Source of the DNA: an uncultured Nitrospinaceae bacterium
GTDB taxonomy: Bacteria > UBA8248
DNA length: 64,000 nucleotides
Reading direction: 5' to 3'
NCBI GenBank assembly: GCA_964005815.1
Contig: CAXFSR010000017.1
Location: forward strand, 200,247 to 264,246
Position 1 is the stretch's first letter; the number at the start of each line of letters is the position of its first letter. Shown piece after piece: positions 50,316-59,686 of the stretch. The notes below the pieces were generated by a model, which searched no databases, was not told the origin of the DNA, and was given only the letters and a program-made list of their open reading frames with translations. The position numbers and the translations under genes are program-made.

Positions 50316-50765
50316 TTATCGGTCAGTTAGAATCTCTGGTTGCTGAGCTGTGTGCGGATGCTCATCACCCTCGTAAATTTTCATTTTACTTAACATCTTT
50401 CTTCCCAACTTAGACTTAGGAAGCATAAGCCTTACAGCAGATTGAATAACACGATTTGGATGTGTCTCTAACACTTCTTTAGCAGTAAACTCTTTTAAAC
50501 TTCCTGGATATCCAGAATGTCTATAATACTTTTTCTGCTCAATTTTATTTCCAGTAAGAGACACTTTTTTTGAATTTATAACCACTACATAGTCACCAGA
50601 ATCTACATGAGGAGTCCACGCAGAACGATGTTTACCTTGCAGAATATAAGCAATCTTAGAAGCAAGACGGCCCAAAGGCTGATCAGTCGCATCTAGCAAT
50701 ACCCATTTCCTCAAAAGAGGAGCCGCCTCTTTAGTTAACATTGATGTGCTCTGGTACATTCTCAA
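50316..50765 (-). CDS. rplM: 50S ribosomal protein L13
   Basis: LGRLASKIA..LQGKH, TPHVDSGD, HSGYPG and HPH.AQQP motifs. Confidence 0.98.
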   Translation of the reverse strand: MRMYQSTSMLTKEAAPLLRKWVLLDATDQPLGRLASKIAYILQGKHRSAWTPHVDSGDYVVVINSKKVSLTGNKIEQKKYYRHSGYPGSLKEFTAKEVLETHPNRVIQSAVRLMLPKSKLGRKMLSKMKIYEGDEHPHTAQQPEILTDR

Positions 50766-50886
50766 GACAAGATCCCTTAAAAAATTGTTAACATAAAAAC
50801 AAAAAAGTAACTAAACCTTTAAAGAGCCTATCATGTCAACTAGAAAAGTCAAAAAAATTCAATCAATAAACTTCATTTTTCGGTTT

Positions 50887-51525
50887 TTAACCATTAATTA
50901 AACGAACTTGTGGGACCTCTTCTTTAAAATCAATAATATTTAAACATGCATTATTCTGGGATATAAAGAAAAAATTTGATATTGGAATTCCAAGAATAGA
51001 GCATAAAATTACTCGATTTACTGCTAAATGTGCAACTACAACTACGGTATATCCGCCTGCAGAAGATAAGATATTTGAAAGTGAAGGACACACGCGATTC
51101 CACAAATCACTCAAAGACTCCCCACCAGGTGGATTTGATGTAACTATATTTCGACAATGCTCAGTAAAAAGTTGAGGACATTTTTCCATTAATGAAGATG
51201 AGGTTTCTCCTTCCCATTCACCAAAATCTAACTCGGAAAATTCATTTACAATTTCAGAGGATAAGATTTTACTCCTTAACTTCAGGGATTCAATTAAAAT
51301 TTGCAATGTAGAAGTTGCACGACATAATGGACTCGAATAGAACTTTACTGATGGAAATTCTTCTAACCAAGGAGAAATTTTCGATGAAATTTGTATTGTT
51401 TGTTCTTTGCCATCAGTTAATAATGGAGTATCAGTTTTTCCAAAAAATCTACCTTCTAAACTGCCTTCAGAAATCCCATGTCTAATTAGGATTAATCTAT
51501 GAGTAGAATTTCCATAAATAGACAT
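50887..51525 (-). CDS. Histidine phosphatase family protein (CobC/GpmB-like)
   Basis: LIRHG, SSPLCRA, ELDFGEWEG, PGGES and VVAH motifs. Confidence 0.88.
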   Translation of the reverse strand: MSIYGNSTHRLILIRHGISEGSLEGRFFGKTDTPLLTDGKEQTIQISSKISPWLEEFPSVKFYSSPLCRATSTLQILIESLKLRSKILSSEIVNEFSELDFGEWEGETSSSLMEKCPQLFTEHCRNIVTSNPPGGESLSDLWNRVCPSLSNILSSAGGYTVVVVAHLAVNRVILCSILGIPISNFFFISQNNACLNIIDFKEEVPQVRLING

Positions 51526-51541
51526 TTAGAAACAAACCCTT

Positions 51542-51946
51542 CTATTTAACAGCAACAGCAATGTCTTTTATCCCGAGGTTAAAAACTTTCCCGAGAACTT
51601 TAATAACAAAACCATAATCAATCCGCTTATCCGCTTTTATAGTCACTGTTGTAGATTTGATTTTTTCTTTTACTAGCAAACGAATCAAAGACTCCATAGA
51701 CTCTAATTTTACCAGTTTCCCATTTAAATGAATTTTCTTTGCTAGACCAATTTCAATCAAAATTGTTTTTTTCTCAAAAACTTCATTGCTTTTCTTTGCC
51801 TCAGGCAACTGGATATCAAGACGTCTTGTGAAATCGACAAAAGTTGTCGATACCATAAAAAAAATCAATAACAAAAAAACTACATCTATTAAAGAGGTTA
51901 ACTGCAAACTATAATCTTCTTCCTCTTTAAGATGATTAAAACGCAT
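51542..51946 (-). CDS. exbD: Biopolymer transporter ExbD/TolR family
   Basis: LTSLIDVVFLLLIFFMV and IKADK motifs. Confidence 0.88.
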   Translation of the reverse strand: MRFNHLKEEEDYSLQLTSLIDVVFLLLIFFMVSTTFVDFTRRLDIQLPEAKKSNEVFEKKTILIEIGLAKKIHLNGKLVKLESMESLIRLLVKEKIKSTTVTIKADKRIDYGFVIKVLGKVFNLGIKDIAVAVK

Positions 51947-51964
51947 ACACTCTTCCTTCTTAAA

Positions 51965-52714
51965 CTATTTCGCTAATTTGTCTGCCAAAGAATTAATAAG
52001 GTTAACTGATATACTCTCCAACTCAAAAACAATTTTATCTATCCGTGACCGAAAGAAATGGTAAAGAGCCAAAGAAGGAATTCCAACTATTAATCCTGCA
52101 GCTGTAGTTAAAAGTGCTTGCGAAATCCCTTCAGCAACTAATCCTGGATTACCGGTTCCTGCCTTGCTAATTACATCAAAAGCACGAATCATTCCTATTA
52201 CTGTTCCAAAAAGACCTAACATTGGTGCTAAATTTGCGATTACACCCAATCCTCTTAAATTGCGAGATAGGATGCTCGATTCTTGCTGTCCACATCCAAT
52301 CATTGCTTTTTCCATTTCGCCTAATCCTAGTGTCTTCCTAGAGAATCCCGCAGTAATTATACGAGTAAGTGGCACATCATATTTTTTACATATAGAATTA
52401 ATATCCGCAAAATCAGACGAAAGACTCAAAGAATTAATCTCTTGCATCATAAGACGAGGAAAAATTTTACTTCTGCGTAAAGATAAGAATCTTTCTAATA
52501 CAAGAGCAAGAGCGATTACTGAACAAAGAAAAATCGGAATCATTACATAGCCGCCCTTTTTGAATAAGAACAAAAAGCTAGCAGGAAATTCAACAAATCC
52601 AGAAACATCCTCAGCAAAAACGTCATCGACTAAAAAAACGAAAATTAAAATAAAAAATAAAAAATATTTTTTGATGGGAACGTAAAAAAAAGTATTATCC
52701 AACTCATTCTCCAA
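51965..52714 (-). CDS. exbB: MotA/TolQ/ExbB proton channel protein
   Basis: APMLGLFGTVIGMIRAF and GISQALLTTAAGLIVGIP motifs. Confidence 0.9.
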   Translation of the reverse strand: MENELDNTFFYVPIKKYFLFFILIFVFLVDDVFAEDVSGFVEFPASFLFLFKKGGYVMIPIFLCSVIALALVLERFLSLRRSKIFPRLMMQEINSLSLSSDFADINSICKKYDVPLTRIITAGFSRKTLGLGEMEKAMIGCGQQESSILSRNLRGLGVIANLAPMLGLFGTVIGMIRAFDVISKAGTGNPGLVAEGISQALLTTAAGLIVGIPSLALYHFFRSRIDKIVFELESISVNLINSLADKLAK

Positions 52715-52717
52715 ATT

Positions 52718-53398
52718 TTAGTTAAGCAAAATTTCATCTAAAGCATCACGTTCGCAATACATTACTTTATTTCCAAAAACCTCTTCACAAATGGGAATAA
52801 TATCAGAAATTAATTTATCAATTGAAGGAACATTAAGTTTCAAAGACTCTAACGATCCAATTTTCTCGCTTACAAATCCACACGGATTAATCATCTTAAA
52901 AAATGCCAAATCAGGACAAACATTAAATGAAACCCCATGCATGGTTATCCATCTTCGAACACCGATTCCCAAAGACAAAATCTTGAATTCATCTTTCCAA
53001 AGCCCGGGATTTTTATCTCTCCTAGTAACATGAATACCAATTTTACAAGAATATCTAACAAAAATCTCCTCCAATTTCCTACAATGTGCATGAACATCTT
53101 TCGAATAATTTCTTAGATCAAAAATCGCATAAACCATAAGTTGACCTGGACCATGATATGTTACTTCACCTCCTCGATTTATTCTCAGAAGAGGTACTAT
53201 ATCTCCATTTAAAGGAGAGACCCTAGACAGAACATTGTCTTCATTGCCACCAATCCCCAAAGTAAAGACTGGGTCATGTTCTAAAAACAAAAGAACATCA
53301 TTACCCAACTCACCCGACGAACGTTTTTTCCATAATTCTTTTTGCATATTCCAAGAATTTGAAAACTCTTGTCTCCCTAAATAAAATGCTTTTATCAC
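52718..53398 (-). CDS. lipB: Lipoyl(octanoyl) transferase
   Basis: LEHDPVFTLG, RGGEVTYHGPGQL, HGVSFN and INPCG; likely GTG 53398. Confidence 0.95.
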   Translation of the reverse strand: MIKAFYLGRQEFSNSWNMQKELWKKRSSGELGNDVLLFLEHDPVFTLGIGGNEDNVLSRVSPLNGDIVPLLRINRGGEVTYHGPGQLMVYAIFDLRNYSKDVHAHCRKLEEIFVRYSCKIGIHVTRRDKNPGLWKDEFKILSLGIGVRRWITMHGVSFNVCPDLAFFKMINPCGFVSEKIGSLESLKLNVPSIDKLISDIIPICEEVFGNKVMYCERDALDEILLN

Positions 53399-53411
53399 TA
53401 AGGTCTCAGCA

Positions 53412-56400
53412 CTATTCAAAATAAACAGAGCCAGAACCGACAAGACTAATAAGTTCAGCACTTAATTTTTCACAAGGCTCAACGACAAAATCAGGACCTG
53501 CCTCAACTAAAACTTCTTGATTTGACAAAGATACGGAAAGACAAACAGGACAAACACCTGGAAAACGAGATAAAACCTCTTTAACCGCTTCTAGTTTATT
53601 AAATGAAAAATTATTTTCGTTAATTTGTAATACTACTTTTTTTGCATGATTTTTCTCTGCTTCACTTAAAAATTCAATAGATTGGACTATAACTTGTACT
53701 CTTTCATCTGAAGATTCGACATCACCAATAATTAAAACGGGCTCTTCACTCTCAAAAAAATTATAACAATTCTCAAAAACGTCTGGAAAAACTGTCATCT
53801 CAGAAGTCCCATCACAATCCTCAAGCGTAAAGTTAGCCATCCGCCGACCCATCCTTGTAGTTCTCGTCTTTGAAGAACGTATTAAGCCAGCCATACGTAC
53901 TTTTTTTACTCCTGAAATCTGACTAAGATTTTGTGAGTTTGAATTAGTAAATCGAGTTATTGTAGATTCCCAATCATCTAAAGGGTGGCCTGAAACATAA
54001 AACCCCAAAACTTCTCTCTCATAAACAAGACGTTCTTTATCTGACCAATCTTCTATCTGAGAACCTTGAACTTGAAAATCTTCTGAACCATCGGATGAAA
54101 AAAGAGACCCTTGTCCAACAGCTATACTCTTCTGCCTTCTAGAGGCAACTTCAAGAGTTTGTTCAAGAGAATCTACTGCCCTTGCTCTATTCTCAATTAC
54201 CGAATCAAATGTACACGCCTTAATTAAACTTTCTATAGATCTTCTATTAAAATCTTTATAGTCAATCCGACAACAAAATTCTTCTAAGGATTTAAATCGG
54301 CCATCAAACTCCCTATTCTTAATAATAGAATCAACTAAAGATGTCCCAACATTTTTTACCGCTGCCAATCCAAATCTAATTGAATTATCTTCAACAATAA
54401 AATCTTTCATGCTGACATTTATATCAGGCGGGAGAACAGGGATATTCATTTGACGGCATTCAGCGATATCTTTAATTACTTTATCGGGATTATCAGAATC
54501 ACAGGTTAATAAAGCAGCCATAAACTGTTGAGGATAATGTGTTTTCAAATAGGCGGTTCTATAGGCGATCAATGCATAGGCTGCACTATGACTTTTATTG
54601 AAACCATATCCCGCAAACTTCTCAATTTGACTCCACAATTCTTCCACTTTTTTTCTGTCATGATTACTTTTAAGGGCACCCTCTACAAAATCATTCATTT
54701 GTTCAGTCATAAGACTTTCATTTTTCTTACCCATTGCCTTCCGCAGAATATCCGCACGGCCAAGTGAAAAACCTGCAAGAATATTTGATATTTGCATTAC
54801 CTGTTCCTGATAAACCATAACTCCATACGTACTCTCAAGGACTGGTATCAATTCTTCAAAAAAATAATCAAACTCGACACGTCCATGCTTTCTTTCAATA
54901 AAAGCGTCCACCATTCCACTATTCAAAGGTCCTGGTCGATATAAAGCAACCATCGCAATCAGGTCCTCAAAACTAGAGGGGGAGAGTTTCTTTAGATACT
55001 CTCTAATACCACCGCTTTCAAGTTGAAAAATCCCAGTAGTTTTGCCTTCAGAAAGAAGTGTAAATGTTTGACTATCATCAAGAGGCAACTCTTCAATATT
55101 AAATTTTTTGTCTTGCGAAGAAATTAAATTAATACACTTTTCTATTACCGTTAGAGTCTTTAATCCAAGAAAATCCATCTTCAACAAACCTAATGCTTCT
55201 ATATCACTCATGTCATACTGACAAACAATCTCTCCACCTGAGGGTTTGTACAGAGGGACATAATCAGTTAATTCACTTGGTGCAATAACGACTCCTGCAG
55301 CATGAGTGCCTGCATGACGAATATTCCCTTCTAATTTTTGGGCAGTATCCATTAAATTACGTACTAATGGATCTTTTTTTAATGCATCCCTCATCCGTGG
55401 TTCCTTATCGACCGCATCTTTCAAGGTAATATTTAGTTCGTTAGGAATTAATTTTGCTATACGATCTACTTCTCCATAAGGAATTCCCATTACACGACCT
55501 ACATCACGAATAACACCCCTAGCAAGCATACTTCCAAATGTGATTATTTGAGAAACATTGTCTGATCCGTATTTCTCTTGAACATATCGTATAACTTCGT
55601 CTCTTCTTTCAACACAAAAATCAATATCGATATCTGGAGGGCTAACACGCTCAGGATTTAAAAAACGTTCAAACAACAATCCATATGAAATTGGGTCAAT
55701 GCCGGTTATTCCTAAGGCAAATGCTACAAGGCTCCCTGCAGCCGAACCTCTCCCTGGACCAACTGGAATACCGTTCTCTTTTGCATACTGGATAAAATCT
55801 GTAACTATAAGAAAATAGCTTTCATATCCTTGCGAAGTAATAACCTCTAATTCAGAAGCAAGTCTATCACTATAAACTTGAATTTGAGATTTATCTAATT
55901 CTAGTTCTTGGAAACGTTTGTTCAATCCTTCTTTGGAAAGAGAAGAAATTTTATCTTTTAATGTTTGACTATCTGGCAAATTCAAATTTGGGTAATGAGT
56001 ATCATGAAAATTAAAGTCAAAGCTGCAATTATCAGCTATCAAAAGGGTATTTTCTAATGCTTCAGGATAATCTTTAAAAAGAAGTTCCATATCTTCTGCG
56101 CTTTTCAGATAAAACTCATTACTTTTAATTTTCATTCTGTCAGGATCACTTAACGTTTTACCAGTTTGTACACAGATTAGGACTTCTTGTACCTGATGAT
56201 CTCCTTTCATAAGATAATGAACATCATTTGTAGCGATTAATGGCAATTCAAATTCTCTAGCAATTTTCACAGCTTCTGGGATTAATTTCTTGTCTTCTTC
56301 AAGACCATGGTCTTGCAATTCTATGTAGAATCTTTCTGGAAATAGTTCTTTATAAAAAGAAACCGTCTCTTGTGCAGACTCATAATTTCCTTTTAGAAGA

Positions 56401-56870
56401 TGATCATTAACCTCACCTCGCAAACATGCCGTTGTACAAATCAAACCTTCTGAATGTTTAGAAAGAATCTCGCGATCAATCCTTGGATAATAGTACATCC
56501 CCTCAGTAAAACCAGAAGTAACCAAAGAACATAAATTTTTGTATCCTACTTCATTCTGCACAAGTAAAACCATATGATAAGACCTACTTGCAGAACTTCT
56601 TCCCTGACCCTTCTCCAACCTGCTTCCAGGTGCTACATACACTTCACAACCTATAATAGGCTTTATTCCTACTTTTTTTGCTTCTTTATAAAATTTTAAT
56701 GCTCCAAACATATTTCCATGATCAGTCAGAGCAACAGCAGGCATACCAAGCTCTTCTACTCTCTTTACTAAATCATTAATGCGAGTAGTTCCGTCCAATA
56801 AACTATACTGGCTATGTAAATGTAGATGAACAAATTTGTTGCTCAAGTTTGCTCCGCGATTCGAATACAT
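53412..56870 (-). CDS. dnaE: DNA polymerase III alpha subunit
   Basis: PHP domain HLHLHSQYSLLDG, GPGRGSAAGS, PDIDIDF, YGFNKSH and OB fold; no intein apparent; start may be TTG 56846. Confidence 0.98.
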   Translation of the reverse strand: MYSNRGANLSNKFVHLHLHSQYSLLDGTTRINDLVKRVEELGMPAVALTDHGNMFGALKFYKEAKKVGIKPIIGCEVYVAPGSRLEKGQGRSSASRSYHMVLLVQNEVGYKNLCSLVTSGFTEGMYYYPRIDREILSKHSEGLICTTACLRGEVNDHLLKGNYESAQETVSFYKELFPERFYIELQDHGLEEDKKLIPEAVKIAREFELPLIATNDVHYLMKGDHQVQEVLICVQTGKTLSDPDRMKIKSNEFYLKSAEDMELLFKDYPEALENTLLIADNCSFDFNFHDTHYPNLNLPDSQTLKDKISSLSKEGLNKRFQELELDKSQIQVYSDRLASELEVITSQGYESYFLIVTDFIQYAKENGIPVGPGRGSAAGSLVAFALGITGIDPISYGLLFERFLNPERVSPPDIDIDFCVERRDEVIRYVQEKYGSDNVSQIITFGSMLARGVIRDVGRVMGIPYGEVDRIAKLIPNELNITLKDAVDKEPRMRDALKKDPLVRNLMDTAQKLEGNIRHAGTHAAGVVIAPSELTDYVPLYKPSGGEIVCQYDMSDIEALGLLKMDFLGLKTLTVIEKCINLISSQDKKFNIEELPLDDSQTFTLLSEGKTTGIFQLESGGIREYLKKLSPSSFEDLIAMVALYRPGPLNSGMVDAFIERKHGRVEFDYFFEELIPVLESTYGVMVYQEQVMQISNILAGFSLGRADILRKAMGKKNESLMTEQMNDFVEGALKSNHDRKKVEELWSQIEKFAGYGFNKSHSAAYALIAYRTAYLKTHYPQQFMAALLTCDSDNPDKVIKDIAECRQMNIPVLPPDINVSMKDFIVEDNSIRFGLAAVKNVGTSLVDSIIKNREFDGRFKSLEEFCCRIDYKDFNRRSIESLIKACTFDSVIENRARAVDSLEQTLEVASRRQKSIAVGQGSLFSSDGSEDFQVQGSQIEDWSDKERLVYEREVLGFYVSGHPLDDWESTITRFTNSNSQNLSQISGVKKVRMAGLIRSSKTRTTRMGRRMANFTLEDCDGTSEMTVFPDVFENCYNFFESEEPVLIIGDVESSDERVQVIVQSIEFLSEAEKNHAKKVVLQINENNFSFNKLEAVKEVLSRFPGVCPVCLSVSLSNQEVLVEAGPDFVVEPCEKLSAELISLVGSGSVYFE

Positions 56871-57113
56871 TTAGGCAAAATCAGAAACCAAAAAATTTCA
56901 TTTAACTGCAGACTAGAATTCAAATCATAGATTATCTCTTAAAAGATTTCAATATATTAATAATTGAATACGAATTTTAATTTTCTTTTTTAAAGGAGAA
57001 CTTATTTTCTGCAAATCTTTTAGCTAAGACAAAAATATCCGATTGTTATTGAGAATTTAGAAATAAAAATAATATAATCTTCTTAAAATTTCATATATCA
57101 ACAGGAGAATCTC

Positions 57114-57848
57114 ATGGACCGTTCTATTTGGGCTACTTGGTATAATTTAGAAGAACAAGGCAAACAAGAATATCTTGATTGGCTGCATGAAGTACATCTT
57201 CCGGAAGCAAAAAAAAGAGATGGGTATTTATGGATTGCTCATTATCAGTCACAAGAGAAAAAAAATATTCTTAATAATGTAGAAGGCAGGTTGGGGCACA
57301 CCAACGATCCATCAGTTCCAGATGGAGACCGATACATCCTTTTGATTGGAGCAGAAACTACAAAACCTTTTTTTTATCCTACTCCAGCAGAATTACAAGA
57401 AACATATTCAACCGAAACCAAAGAAATGCTTGCAAAAAGAATCGGTGAAAGATCAGGAATTTACGTAGAAGAAGACAGGGTTAATGGACCTGACGTTTCA
57501 CAAAGAAGTTCAGATCTTACACCTGGGCCCTGGATTCAGATGGGAAGTTTTAATTCCGGAAAAGTTGAAGACGAAGATGAACTTGGGGCTTGGTATGCAC
57601 AATGGAGATTGCCCTGCATGGAAACACTTGAAGGTTGCATTGGTTGTAGAAAACTTGTTTCCGCTTCTTCTTGGGCTAAACATTCCGTCCTTTATGAATT
57701 TGTCTCACTTGAACTAAGAAATAAATTTTTTCCAATTCATGAAAAACATGACCCTGTCAGAGAAGAATGGACAGATGTGGTAGTCAGAAAATTAGTACAT
57801 GCTCCTGGTTCACCAAATGTAGCTAAAAGACTTTACCCTCCCATTTAA
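57114..57848 (+). CDS. Hypothetical protein with two EthD/dimeric alpha-beta barrel-like repeats
   Basis: EYLDWLHEVHLP....DGY is echoed by ELGAWYAQWRLP...LEGC; strong SD AGGAG. Confidence 0.65.
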   Translation: MDRSIWATWYNLEEQGKQEYLDWLHEVHLPEAKKRDGYLWIAHYQSQEKKNILNNVEGRLGHTNDPSVPDGDRYILLIGAETTKPFFYPTPAELQETYSTETKEMLAKRIGERSGIYVEEDRVNGPDVSQRSSDLTPGPWIQMGSFNSGKVEDEDELGAWYAQWRLPCMETLEGCIGCRKLVSASSWAKHSVLYEFVSLELRNKFFPIHEKHDPVREEWTDVVVRKLVHAPGSPNVAKRLYPPI

Positions 57849-57880
57849 AACCAGTTCTTTCTAAAAAAAAGGAGCGGGTT

Positions 57881-58408
57881 TTGATAGAGATTGAGAGAAA
57901 ATTTTTGGTAAGCGCTTCATGGGGTGAATCTTTTTCGATTTCATCAATAGAACAAGGATATCTCTTCATCCAAAAAGACAGAAGTCTCCGTGTAAGATGT
58001 CATAATGAAGACTATTTTCTAACTGTCAAAATAGAAAAGAACATAAATGAAAGATTTGAATTTGAATCCAAAATAGAAAAAGACTATGGGAAATTATTAC
58101 TTGAAAAACACTGTATTTCAAATATTATCTCAAAAGTTAGGAATGTAGTTTATCATGATGATAAAAGATGGGAAATTGATGTTTTCAGCGGAAAAAATCA
58201 ACATTTAATTGTTGCAGAAATAGAATTAAACAGTATCGATGATAAATTTACATATCCCTCTTGGCTAGGACCAGAGGTAACACAACAGAATCGTTTTCTA
58301 AACTCTCATTTAACACAAAAACCGTTTTGTGAATGGGGAATAACTTATGAAAATCTGTTACTTGAGGAAATAAAGAAAAGTAGAAAGCAAACTTCTGATC
58401 CACAATAA
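57881..58408 (+). CDS. CYTH-domain triphosphatase/adenylate cyclase-like protein
   Basis: EIERKFLV, IEQGYL, WEIDVF and VAEIEL motifs. Confidence 0.92.
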   Translation: MIEIERKFLVSASWGESFSISSIEQGYLFIQKDRSLRVRCHNEDYFLTVKIEKNINERFEFESKIEKDYGKLLLEKHCISNIISKVRNVVYHDDKRWEIDVFSGKNQHLIVAEIELNSIDDKFTYPSWLGPEVTQQNRFLNSHLTQKPFCEWGITYENLLLEEIKKSRKQTSDPQ

Positions 58409-58433
58409 AAATCACTACAAAAAGGAGAAGTTC

Positions 58434-58763
58434 ATGGGATTTGTAAACTTAAATGAAATGGATTCTGAAAAATTAACAGGTACAAATCGTAAAATATTAC
58501 AAGGAGACAATCTAACAATTTTTTTTCTCGAACGAGAGGCTAACGTCGTACAGGAACATAGTCACCCGCAAGAACAGGTAGTATATCTCCAAGAAGGTCG
58601 TTTGAAAGTAAAAATTGAAGGAGAAGAAGAAAATATTGTAGAGGCTGGTAATGCTGTCCAAATCCCAGGGGATATTCCACACAGGATTGAGACTTTGTCT
58701 AATGTTAGAATTGTTTCAATTTATAGTCCAGCAAGAGATTTAAGTACTATTCCTAGACCTTAA
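58434..58763 (+). CDS. Cupin domain protein
   Basis: HSHPQEQ...G..IPGDIPH metal-binding motifs. Confidence 0.88.
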   Translation: MGFVNLNEMDSEKLTGTNRKILQGDNLTIFFLEREANVVQEHSHPQEQVVYLQEGRLKVKIEGEEENIVEAGNAVQIPGDIPHRIETLSNVRIVSIYSPARDLSTIPRP

Positions 58764-58801
58764 AAAGGAAAGAACACTTACAATTATTCAAAGGACGATA
58801 T

Positions 58802-59188
58802 ATGCCATTCTATAACATAGAAAATGTCACTCAAAGGAAAGGTCAAGGTTCTAATGTAAATCATGTGGTTAATGGTGAACTCATGAAAGGAGGATGGGTA
58901 ATAACACAGGAAAAAAAAGACCCCTCTCCTCACTTTCATCCTAATGAAGAGCAATATATGCTAATTTTAGAAGGAAGAATCAAAATGGTTCTCGGAGATG
59001 AAATGAAGATTTTGAAATCTGGAGACCTAGTGCATATACCAAGAAATACTCCTCATTGCGCAATGACTTTAAGTGATTCAGCTAAATTTTTTGCAGTAAA
59101 AAGTCCATCTGGAAACGGGAGGTTGGACCAAGATTTTGTATTAGCAGAAAATCATGACGAGATGTTATCTAGGATACTGGATTCTTAA
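58802..59188 (+). CDS. Cupin domain protein
   Basis: HFHPNEEQ...GDLVHIPRNTPH motifs. Confidence 0.88.
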   Translation: MPFYNIENVTQRKGQGSNVNHVVNGELMKGGWVITQEKKDPSPHFHPNEEQYMLILEGRIKMVLGDEMKILKSGDLVHIPRNTPHCAMTLSDSAKFFAVKSPSGNGRLDQDFVLAENHDEMLSRILDS

Positions 59189-59220
59189 ATATTCTTGACC
59201 TCATATAAAGGAATTATAAA

Positions 59221-59616
59221 ATGGATAACGAAAGATACGAACAGGGAAAAGCAATCGCACTATCTGTTTTAGGTAAAAGTGGAGGAGAAAGAATAGAACA
59301 ATTATCAGAAATATCACCAATGCATGGAAGAGCAATCTTCGAATATTGTTACGGTACTGTTTGGGCACAACCCAACCTATCAATAAAGATAAAAGAATTT
59401 ATTCTGATCGCTGTTTGTGCATCTCAAGGTGAATATGATGGGGTAGAAAGGCAAGTCAGAGGCGCCCTAAACAAAGGGGCAACTCAAGACGAAATTATAG
59501 AAGCTATAACAACTTGCGCACCCTACATTGGCTACCCTAGGACAAACGCATCATTAAGAACTGCACAAGAAGTCTTCGATCAATGGGATGAAAAAGACGA
59601 TTGGAAAGCAGTTTAA
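59221..59616 (+). CDS. Carboxymuconolactone decarboxylase (CMD/AhpD-like) family protein
   Basis: YGTVWAQPNLS...GALNKGAT.DEIIEAI...APYIGYPR. Confidence 0.88.
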   Translation: MDNERYEQGKAIALSVLGKSGGERIEQLSEISPMHGRAIFEYCYGTVWAQPNLSIKIKEFILIAVCASQGEYDGVERQVRGALNKGATQDEIIEAITTCAPYIGYPRTNASLRTAQEVFDQWDEKDDWKAV

Positions 59617-59686
59617 AATCTTTCTCTAAAATTTAGAGTTTCATAAATTGAAATATCTTTGCTTTTTAAAAATTTTATTTTAAATC

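Noticed and set aside
53412..56870. Intein in dnaE (also checked recA)
   Set aside because: Lengths are normal and no intein insert or splice motifs were seen.
56958..56974. TACGAA half-site upstream of dnaE as another copy of the candidate SOS box
   Set aside because: Only one half matches, which is expected by chance.
59221..59616. Possible AhpD-like peroxidase or selenoprotein
   Set aside because: No CxxC/CxxU motif and the stop is TAA.
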